From: Patescibacteria group bacterium
Lineage (GTDB): Bacteria > Patescibacteriota > Microgenomatia > UBA1406
Assembly: GCA_041665145.1 (NCBI GenBank)
Contig: JBAYJK010000001.1
Location: 10,779-74,778, forward strand
Reading direction: 5' to 3'
Length of the DNA: 64,000 nucleotides
The translations under genes and the position numbers were made by a program. Below are positions 54,521 through 61,713 of the stretch, in pieces (the stretch's first letter is position 1; each line of letters starts with the position of its first letter). The notes under the pieces were generated by a model. That model saw only the letters and a program-made list of their open reading frames with translations, ran no database searches and was not told where the DNA came from.

Positions 54521-55282
54521 CTACGGTAGTATCTGAGTGCCGAGGTTTGTTCGGGTTACAAGTACTTCGGCTAGTCTGCCGGGTACTGATCCATTGATGA
54601 TTATTGTCGAGAGGCCGTATTTTGATGCAAGAAGAAGACTCTCTTCTACTTTATGAAGCATTCCTCCGGTTACATCGGTCATCGACGAACCAGTCACGGC
54701 ACTTTTACTCGCTTCCCAATTTCTCAGAGATATTTTTTTGATAACCTTTTTATTCTTATCCAATACGCCATTTTCATTTCCTGCTTGAATGACCGGTTGT
54801 ATATCCCATTTACTGGCAATAAGTGATGGGATAAGCTCGCGTATGCAGATTTCGCCTGAGTAAATAACCGCTTTTCCGTCTTTGTTATAAACAGCATCTC
54901 CATAGAGGACGGGAATGATATTTTTTTGCAATAAGTCTGAAATTGTTGCGTCGTTTCCGTTCGGCCAGATACTATGCGGGGAAACAAGTGCGGCTGAAAT
55001 CCCGAGATTCTGTAATTCCCGTACCACGGCCTGCCCGGTACCGCGGGCAATGTCTTGTACTTTTGTCACCCCTTCTGCGGTATCAATCCCGAATTTTTTT
55101 ACTGCGGCGTGGCCGAAATTACCGCTTCCGACAACAACCAGAAGGTGTGCATGTGTCTTTTGAATCGAAGTGACGAGTTCCAGACAAAGTCGTTTCAGTG
55201 TTATTTCATCTATTGTCTGATCGTTCCAATTTTTCGGGGCAACAATGCTTCCGCCGAGTTTCACGATATACAAATCCTGCAT
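54521..55282 (-). CDS. Amino-acid-kinase-fold protein, isopentenyl phosphate kinase-like
   Basis: IVKLGGSIV and VVVGSGNFGH (compare the GGGSFGH of IPK). TAGAAT lies 7 nt upstream of the ATG. Confidence 0.5.
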   Translation of the reverse strand: MQDLYIVKLGGSIVAPKNWNDQTIDEITLKRLCLELVTSIQKTHAHLLVVVGSGNFGHAAVKKFGIDTAEGVTKVQDIARGTGQAVVRELQNLGISAALVSPHSIWPNGNDATISDLLQKNIIPVLYGDAVYNKDGKAVIYSGEICIRELIPSLIASKWDIQPVIQAGNENGVLDKNKKVIKKISLRNWEASKSAVTGSSMTDVTGGMLHKVEESLLLASKYGLSTIIINGSVPGRLAEVLVTRTNLGTQILP

Positions 55283-55287
55283 AAGAA

Positions 55288-56367
55288 CTATTCTACCGTA
55301 TGTTTCACGTTTTCCTCAGATGTTTGATTGTTAATATCCACGACAAGCAGAAAGAATATAAGTGTTATAAGACTGCTTACCGCAAAAATAACATCAGAAA
55401 TGACTCCTTCAAACAATCCAAGTTGCTCACGTATTGCTGTATCAGTAATTACAGTTATTTCCTTGTCGGCGAGCTTACTATATGAAGCCTCTACCCAATC
55501 ATTCTCGGTATCGTCAGACAAAAGCGGGGTGGGGTGTGAGTTTTCATAGAAGGGAACAGCGGCTTTAATCTGGTCCATCTGTACATGACCAAAACCAACT
55601 TTAAGGTTCACGTTAAAATTCTCTTTCAGGTATTCTGCTGTATTCGTAAATATATTGTCCGGGTTGAGGAAAAGTACCACAAAACCATTCAAAGCTGCCA
55701 TACGTTCTTCGATTGTCCGAATCTGCATATTATTCGTATAGACCGGTTTGATGAGCAAAAGCTGCTCTTTGTCAACAAACACTTTCCGGTCGGTAGCAAC
55801 AATAACATCAGCCTGAGCCGCCTCTTTAAAGTAGCTGACGAATTCTGGGTCAGATAGAATATCGTAACCAAAATACTTGCGGTTTGGGGCGCTGGGAACC
55901 AGGTAGTTGATAATCCAATATTCGGGACGATCACCGGAAGGATAAATAGAAAACGAGTAGTTCAAGAGTGGTGGATTGGTCTGTTCGGTCTTAACTTTTT
56001 TCTCAAATTCCTGTTTGTGGTCGACTTTTTGAATGTAAGAAATTAGATTGATAGTATCGACGCCGACGTTTTCTTTGAGAACTAATTTGCGATAGAAATT
56101 CTCAAACTCACTTCGGTTGACGTCAGTGCTTGACTTAAAAAGAGCATCTCCGAAATCAAGGATTGAGTAGAAATAGCGCAGCTGTGCATTTACGAATAAA
56201 GTTGCGTCATTTGAATATTCTTTGAAATTTTCCCTTGCCTTGTTCATGTAGTGATTTTTGTTAACTTGCCAAATAACAAAATTAAAAAATAATAAGAAGA
56301 TTAACAAAACAATACTTAGGTAATAATTCCTTCTGAGGGTTTTCGAAATATTCTCGTTGTCTTTCAT
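55288..56367 (-). CDS. Stand-alone CHASE-domain membrane protein (TM - CHASE - TM, no output domain)
   Basis: NRSEFENFYRKL...VDTINLISYIQKV...EYWIINYLVPSAPNRKYFGYDILSDPEF...LLLIKPVY follows the CHASE pattern. Only about 17 residues follow the second TM helix. Confidence 0.6.
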   Translation of the reverse strand: MKDNENISKTLRRNYYLSIVLLIFLLFFNFVIWQVNKNHYMNKARENFKEYSNDATLFVNAQLRYFYSILDFGDALFKSSTDVNRSEFENFYRKLVLKENVGVDTINLISYIQKVDHKQEFEKKVKTEQTNPPLLNYSFSIYPSGDRPEYWIINYLVPSAPNRKYFGYDILSDPEFVSYFKEAAQADVIVATDRKVFVDKEQLLLIKPVYTNNMQIRTIEERMAALNGFVVLFLNPDNIFTNTAEYLKENFNVNLKVGFGHVQMDQIKAAVPFYENSHPTPLLSDDTENDWVEASYSKLADKEITVITDTAIREQLGLFEGVISDVIFAVSSLITLIFFLLVVDINNQTSEENVKHTVE

Positions 56368-56374
56368 AGGGAGA

Positions 56375-57160
56375 TTACCTCGATGCAGGATTAACTAATT
56401 CTGCGTATATACGATATATTCCGGTAATTATAAACGCGGCACTTAACAAGTAAAAAAGGTCGGCAATATTCCCGTTCCAATACAGATTATTCGCCTGTTG
56501 ATAAGTGAATATAAGATCTCCACAAGCCTGACTTAGCAAGCCTGCAGTGATGAATATTATCCCACGGCTGGCCTTGTTTACTGCAGTGATAGTGATGATG
56601 CCTAGTGCAATAAGAAACGCGTCGGTTAACGGGTAGATAAAATTCAACATTGTTGCAACAACAGATACATCATCTTCAAAGGCAGGTTTGGAAAGTATAA
56701 TAAACACGGCAAAGTACGCAATAGACACAATAATCAAGGAAATTCTCATGTTGTTTCTCGAAGGTCTGAATTTAAACAAATCAAACAAATGCCAGAATCC
56801 CCATCCGATAAATACGGGAAACAGAAGGTAGAAGATATCTGCAACAGAAGGATATGGCATATCTGCCTGGACAACAATATTGTAATATGACCAGCAAAAA
56901 TTGCCGACAGACCATGATATCAGACTCAATCCGAGTGCCCTGAAAAAATTCTTTAGAGTACCGATTTTTGTTGTTTTACACATTGATAAGACGGAGACTC
57001 CGGAAAAAAAGTAAAAAAGAGCAACAAGAACATTGAAAAAATAATTGAGCAACGTGTCTTTCTGAGGCAAAACCTGGAGATAGAACCAGTAGCTAAATAC
57101 AAGGAGAAACGAAATTCCGATTACCCAATACGGTCTGTTTTCTTTGCTGAAAAGATGCAT
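56375..57160 (-). CDS. Polytopic (about 8 TM) membrane protein immediately upstream of the CHASE gene
   Basis: Hydrophobicity pattern only. The gap to the CHASE gene is 7 nt. Confidence 0.45.
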   Translation of the reverse strand: MHLFSKENRPYWVIGISFLLVFSYWFYLQVLPQKDTLLNYFFNVLVALFYFFSGVSVLSMCKTTKIGTLKNFFRALGLSLISWSVGNFCWSYYNIVVQADMPYPSVADIFYLLFPVFIGWGFWHLFDLFKFRPSRNNMRISLIIVSIAYFAVFIILSKPAFEDDVSVVATMLNFIYPLTDAFLIALGIITITAVNKASRGIIFITAGLLSQACGDLIFTYQQANNLYWNGNIADLFYLLSAAFIITGIYRIYAELVNPASR

Positions 57161-57224
57161 ATATTCATGCTACATAAAGTGCCGATTATTACAAGAGAAC
57201 CGACGCGTCTTGAAGACCAATTCT

Positions 57225-58706
57225 TTATCGATATTTATACACCTGTAGCCATTCAGATGAATAGAATAGTTTGGTTTTTGATTTGATGATCGCAAGTTCT
57301 TCTAGCGGAAGATCCATATTATCTTTTCCTGCAACTATATACTGCGCACCGTATTTTTTAAGCGAGAGAATGCTTGCTGCCTTTGAATCCACGTCGACAG
57401 GCGGATATCCGAGCATCCAACCGGTGCGGTGATACAGAGAGAATGGAATGGAGTTGTTGACGGCCAGATATATCATCCGGGCATTTTGCGGTATTACTTT
57501 GTCAATTTCTTTTGCAATCTGCAGTTGATAATCGGGGATTATATTACTGAAAAAATACTGGCTTGTCCGATATCCGTTGTACATTACAAACATACATACC
57601 GGAATTGCAATGCCGAGGGCAATAATGCGCTGTTTCGACCAGGTGAAATCAAAAATCAGAGAAAGCCCGTACCCTGCCAATATTACCACCGGGAGCAGGT
57701 ATACGTTAGCATAGTATTGATGGATAACGTTGCCATTCGGGACAACATACCAATACAACGGGACAAACGCGAGCCATAATAAAAGAAAGACAAGTGGTTT
57801 GTTTCTTTTTACCAGAAGCGACAGAATCGAAATGCCTGCAAAAAGAGATGTAACCTTACCCATAACTTCTCCAACGATGTTTTTTAAGATAAGACCTTTT
57901 ATAAGGATATCTGGTACAAACAACTGTTCACGCCCTCCAAGCACCCAATTTTCCCAACTGCTGTCTGCGGTCTTGAACCGAAATTGCCACAGTTTCCAAA
58001 TACCGTATATTGCGGGACTCGTACATATATACAATGCATATTCCCACACAGCCGATTTCATCATCCACAAGAGAAAAAGGTAGGCCGGCAGACCGATAAG
58101 AATGAACGGACGTGTCGCAACAGATACGGCAAGTGAGAGAACCGAAAGCACCAGTGCCCACATGGTACGTTTGCTTTTCCACTGCATGAATGCGGCAAGC
58201 GAAATAATATATAGCGTCACAGCAAACACATCAGGATGCACCGCATGGCCGATGAAAAATATCGACCCGGGGGCAAACGTAAAAAAGAATGACGAAAAGA
58301 AGGCTACGCTTTCCGATTTGAATAATTTCCTGACAAACAAAAACAAAGACACTGCTGCGCCGGTAAATAAAGCAAGATTTAATAACCTGACTAATTCAAT
58401 GTGCCAACCGAATAATCTATACAGAAGACTGATGATGTATTGATACATCGGAAACTCGAGAAAAAAATATGCCTCTGAATTTGTAGACGGTCGGATAAGG
58501 CTATTCTGGGGAAGCAAAATTCCGTTATTTTTGAATGCCAAATTGTACGCAACACTTTCCGTATCGGTCTGTCTCATTGCGTGACCATCGATTGGAGGGA
58601 GATTGAAGTTTCTGAGTCTGACAAATACGCCGAGGACAATCACCGATACAAGTAGCACTTTCCATATAATACTTCCTTGTTTTCGTGCCTTCACAGGTTC
58701 GGTCAT
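57225..58706 (-). CDS. GT-C fold membrane glycosyltransferase (ArnT/PMT-like)
   Basis: The track ORF is trimmed because its first 44 codons overlap tRNA-Tyr. The ATG at 58706 directly follows the tRNA CCA. The protein has many TM helices and an ArnT-like first loop (DGHAMRQTDTESVAYNLAF). Confidence 0.6.
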   Translation of the reverse strand: MTEPVKARKQGSIIWKVLLVSVIVLGVFVRLRNFNLPPIDGHAMRQTDTESVAYNLAFKNNGILLPQNSLIRPSTNSEAYFFLEFPMYQYIISLLYRLFGWHIELVRLLNLALFTGAAVSLFLFVRKLFKSESVAFFSSFFFTFAPGSIFFIGHAVHPDVFAVTLYIISLAAFMQWKSKRTMWALVLSVLSLAVSVATRPFILIGLPAYLFLLWMMKSAVWEYALYICTSPAIYGIWKLWQFRFKTADSSWENWVLGGREQLFVPDILIKGLILKNIVGEVMGKVTSLFAGISILSLLVKRNKPLVFLLLWLAFVPLYWYVVPNGNVIHQYYANVYLLPVVILAGYGLSLIFDFTWSKQRIIALGIAIPVCMFVMYNGYRTSQYFFSNIIPDYQLQIAKEIDKVIPQNARMIYLAVNNSIPFSLYHRTGWMLGYPPVDVDSKAASILSLKKYGAQYIVAGKDNMDLPLEELAIIKSKTKLFYSSEWLQVYKYR

Positions 58707-58793
58707 TGGTCCAGAGGGTTGGATTCGAACCAACGTAGGGCTAAGCCCGCGGGTTTTACAGACCCGTGCATTTGGCCACTCTGCCACCTCTGG
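58707..58793 (-). tRNA. tRNA-Tyr (GUA), long variable arm, CCA encoded, C1:G72
   Basis: CCAGAGG TG GCA GAGTGGCCAAA TGC A CGGGT CTGTAAA ACCCG CGGGCTTAGCCCTAC GTTGG TTCGAAT CCAAC CCTCTGG A CCA. Aligns arm-for-arm with E. coli tRNA-Tyr. Confidence 0.85.
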
Positions 58794-58803
58794 AATGTGG
58801 TCC

Positions 58804-58812
58804 ATTATACCA
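58804..58812 (-). promoter_or_regulatory. Extended -10 (TGGTATAAT) upstream of tRNA-Tyr
   Basis: Ten nt separate the hexamer from tRNA position 1. Confidence 0.45.
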
Positions 58813-58870
58813 GATAATGAGACTCGCTTTCGCAACATAGCGGACCTTGTCCGCTGAAACCCGGAGAAGC

Positions 58871-58898
58871 CCTCCTACGCCCTTTGGGCTTCGGCGGG
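58871..58898 (-). repeat. 28-nt repeat cctcctacgccctttgggcttcggcggg (copy 2)
   Basis: Matches 48136-48163 at 27 of 28 positions. Begins 7 nt downstream of the tRNA-Ser 3' end on the transcribed strand. Confidence 0.8.
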
Positions 58899-58904
58899 TG
58901 AAAG

Positions 58905-58988
58905 CGGAGGGTACAGGATTCGAACCTGTGCGGGATTGCTCCCACTAGTTTTCAAGACTAGCGCCATAAACCGCTCGGCCAACCCTCC
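58905..58988 (-). tRNA. tRNA-Ser (UGA)
   Basis: GGAGGGT TG GCC GAGCGGTTTAT GGC G CTAGT CTTGAAA ACTAG TGGGAGCAATCCCGC ACAGG TTCGAAT CCTGT ACCCTCC G. Confidence 0.85.
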
Positions 58989-58993
58989 ATATG

Positions 58994-59065
58994 AGGCGCG
59001 TGCCGGAATCGGACCGGCGCATAGGTGTTTTGCAGACACCCGCGTTTCCACTTCGCCAACGCGCC
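58994..59065 (-). tRNA. tRNA-Cys (GCA)
   Basis: GGCGCGT TG GCG AAGTGGAAA CGC G GGTGT CTGCAAA ACACC TATGC GCCGG TCCGATT CCGGC ACGCGCC T. U73 is the expected Cys discriminator. Confidence 0.85.
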
Positions 59066-59123
59066 ACTTACCTGTATATTGTACCGCAAAGATTCTACCA
59101 TACCAAGTTGGTACAATGTCACC

Positions 59124-59732
59124 ATGCGAAAAGCCATTATGAATCACTTCCAACAACATGATCCGATACTGTATTCATATATCAAGAAGGTCGGGCTTAT
59201 TGAAGATCTGAAGCAATCCCCGCCGGAGTCATTTTTTTCTCATCTGTGCCGAGAGATCATCTTTCAGCAGCTTTCCGACAAAGCCGGAACGGCAATTCTG
59301 AAACGTTTTGAAAACCTTTTTCCACAACACACCATGACTCCGGAAGTTCTGATGAATACGCCTCACGAGTCCATTCGGGGAGTGGGACTTTCTCATGCAA
59401 AAGCCCGATATGTCAAGAACATTGCGGAGGCAATTAACGGGAAAACCATTGATCTCGCTTCTTTACCGGAAGCAACAGACGAAAAAGTCATACAGGAATT
59501 GACCAAAATAAAAGGGGTCGGGAAGTGGACCGCGGAAATGTTTTTGATGTTTGTCTTGGGTCGTGAAGATATATTTTCGTTTGGTGATCTCGGTCTGCGT
59601 AATGGGCTGAAAAAAGTATACGGTATCAAGAAAAACCCGTCTGATCGGACCATTAATAGGATTGTCAATCAATGGAAGCCATTCCGCACGTACGGTTGTT
59701 TAATCCTCTGGAGGAGTCTTGATGTAAAATAG
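59124..59732 (+). CDS. HhH-GPD DNA glycosylase (AlkA / 3-methyladenine glycosylase II-like)
   Basis: LTKIKGVGKWTAEMFLMFVLGREDIFSFGDLGLRNG. The start is trimmed off tRNA-Cys to the ATG at 59124 (TACAAT-N6). Confidence 0.75.
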   Translation: MRKAIMNHFQQHDPILYSYIKKVGLIEDLKQSPPESFFSHLCREIIFQQLSDKAGTAILKRFENLFPQHTMTPEVLMNTPHESIRGVGLSHAKARYVKNIAEAINGKTIDLASLPEATDEKVIQELTKIKGVGKWTAEMFLMFVLGREDIFSFGDLGLRNGLKKVYGIKKNPSDRTINRIVNQWKPFRTYGCLILWRSLDVK

Positions 59733-59773
59733 TGGGTCGTTGTCAGGAAATGCTTTTTCCTGTACACTGAATA

Positions 59774-60292
59774 ATGATGCGAAAGCTTTTTGCGACTTTT
59801 CTCTTACTATTTACTATCTACTATTTACTATCTACTATATCTTCAGTGCACGCTGCTGATCCTGTCCCGACTCCAGAACAAACAACCTGCGATTTATGTG
59901 GAAAATGTACGGATATCTATTTAAATGTTCAGCCGACACCGAGTAATTGGTCAAAATGTGCAGCGTGTCTTTACCCACCGAGCTCAGACACTTTACGGAC
60001 ATCCCCGAACGCGGATAAGGCATTCACCGTGTTAGGATGTATTCAAACCAGCTCGGGTGGGTTTACCAGTTTCTTTGTGAATTTGTTTACTTCTTTGATG
60101 GTCGGGGTTTCGTTTTTGGGAATTGTTTTCGGGGCAATTAAAGTTATGCTTGCGCGGGGTGATCGGGACGCACTTATCGAAGGAAAACGCTATGTATATG
60201 GCTCGTTACTCGCACTTTTCGTAGTGCTTTTCGCCGTATTTATCGTTAAACTGATTGGAGGGACAATATTAAAAATACCATACATGCAATGA
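59774..60292 (+). CDS. TrbC/VirB2-like (T4SS-pilin-type) protein with a short Cys-containing ectodomain
   Basis: Signal peptide. C..CGKC...C..C motif. C-terminal two-helix hairpin LMVGVSFLGIVFGAIKVMLARGDRDALIEGKRYVYGSLLALFVVLFAVFIVKLIGGTILKIPYMQ. Confidence 0.6.
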   Translation: MMRKLFATFLLLFTIYYLLSTISSVHAADPVPTPEQTTCDLCGKCTDIYLNVQPTPSNWSKCAACLYPPSSDTLRTSPNADKAFTVLGCIQTSSGGFTSFFVNLFTSLMVGVSFLGIVFGAIKVMLARGDRDALIEGKRYVYGSLLALFVVLFAVFIVKLIGGTILKIPYMQ

Positions 60293-61701
60293 AACGATTA
60301 TTAATTTTTTTTATAACTGCTTTCGTTTTTTTCCTGACCACGCCACATGCACACGCTGCACTACCCTCAGATCTATGCCAATCAGTGAAATTGATGCCGC
60401 TGGTAAACAACACCACACCTCTTGAACCGGCGGTCATGACCAATGATTTGGGCACAAATCCCGTTATCTATTTTGACGCGGTGGCTGACGATTCTGCATG
60501 GAGAGGATTGAACGGGTATTTCTATCAAACAGGGACAAGTTTCCATCCTATTGATTTAAAAAAAAATATCGTCATGGGCATCGATATAGATACCACGGCA
60601 TTGGCTACAAATTTCAGCGGCAACAGAATTCCTGATGACTTAGAAGTAACGTATGAAGGTGGTTGGGTAGGTGCAGGACGATGTTCATATGCGGTAGCCA
60701 CTGCTTCACAACTGCAGGCAGGTCCCCGTTTTACTTCCAATGCGTTCTTTACTACCTCAACTATTGTTGGTGATATCACAGAGGCGTGCAAGAAAAAGGT
60801 TCTGACCAATTCAAGCGGAACCGGTGTCCGTATCATGCGGAGCGGTGATGAAGTTTGGTGCCCTGATCTTTCTTTTCAACAGGGGAAAAAAGGACCGGCC
60901 CCGTGTTCATTAACCTTCGATAAACCGGGTGGATACACAAACACCGAGCAGATCACAATGTCCGCAAGCCCGGTAGACGCCCCCTACAGTAATTTGAAGT
61001 GTTCATTTGTCATCTCCTGTTCAGGTAATGTCAAGCTGGCGGATGGGACAACTAAAACGTGTAGCGGTAAGCTTGCCCGTCTTAACGAAACAGACTGTAG
61101 TACGGTCACCAGTTCTTCAGTGGTTCTTGATCCTCTCGATAAGAATACCTACACTGCTGAATATAACGTTTACTACAGTGATCCGATCGGTGGCGCACAT
61201 GTTATTACCAAAAAAGCTGTTCTATGTTCCGCTTCGGTCACGGTTGTTAAGCCGGGAGAAACTCCCATACCGATAGCTACAAACGCGCCTGGTTTGGGAC
61301 TACAAACTGTCGGAATTACGATCGCAGAAGGACTTGATATGTGCGACTCTATTCCTGCGGGGACAATGTGTGGGACAGAGTCTTGTCAGAGAAAATGCAT
61401 CGATTGTACCATTAACGTTAAGGGTGGTATTTGGACCGCTCTCGGGTGTTTACCGACCAAAATACAAGATTTAGTCAGTCAGTTATTCACTCTTTTTTCC
61501 GGTCTGCTTGCCGGATTTATCTTTATCTGCATCATGTGGAACGGCATGAAAGTAATGCTATCAAGGGGCAGTCCCGACGCTTTCAAAAAGGCACAGGAAG
61601 CCATTACTTCGTGTATAATAGGACTGTTGGTCTTGTTGTTTTCGGTGCTTTTTCTTAAGGTAGTCGGCGTTGATATTCTGAAAATACCCGGAATGCAATA
61701 G
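60289..61701 (+). CDS. TrbC/VirB2-like pilin-type C-terminus fused to a 380-aa Cys-rich ectodomain
   Basis: ATGA overlap with the upstream gene. Signal peptide. The C-terminal LLAGFIFICIMWNGMKVMLSRGSPDAFKKAQEAITSCIIGLLVLLFSVLFLKVVGVDILKIPGMQ is a paralogue of the previous gene's C-terminus. Confidence 0.6.
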   Translation: MKRLLIFFITAFVFFLTTPHAHAALPSDLCQSVKLMPLVNNTTPLEPAVMTNDLGTNPVIYFDAVADDSAWRGLNGYFYQTGTSFHPIDLKKNIVMGIDIDTTALATNFSGNRIPDDLEVTYEGGWVGAGRCSYAVATASQLQAGPRFTSNAFFTTSTIVGDITEACKKKVLTNSSGTGVRIMRSGDEVWCPDLSFQQGKKGPAPCSLTFDKPGGYTNTEQITMSASPVDAPYSNLKCSFVISCSGNVKLADGTTKTCSGKLARLNETDCSTVTSSSVVLDPLDKNTYTAEYNVYYSDPIGGAHVITKKAVLCSASVTVVKPGETPIPIATNAPGLGLQTVGITIAEGLDMCDSIPAGTMCGTESCQRKCIDCTINVKGGIWTALGCLPTKIQDLVSQLFTLFSGLLAGFIFICIMWNGMKVMLSRGSPDAFKKAQEAITSCIIGLLVLLFSVLFLKVVGVDILKIPGMQ

Positions 61702-61713
61702 GGCGAAAAAGCT

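Noticed and set aside
58707-59123. N-terminal extensions of track ORFs 57225-58838(-) and 59025-59732(+), plus ORFs 58603-58857, 58875-59159 and 58936-59142.
   Set aside because: These stretches are occupied by well-formed tRNA-Tyr, tRNA-Ser and tRNA-Cys genes. The CDSs were trimmed to the first start codon outside the tRNAs, and the small ORFs were discarded.
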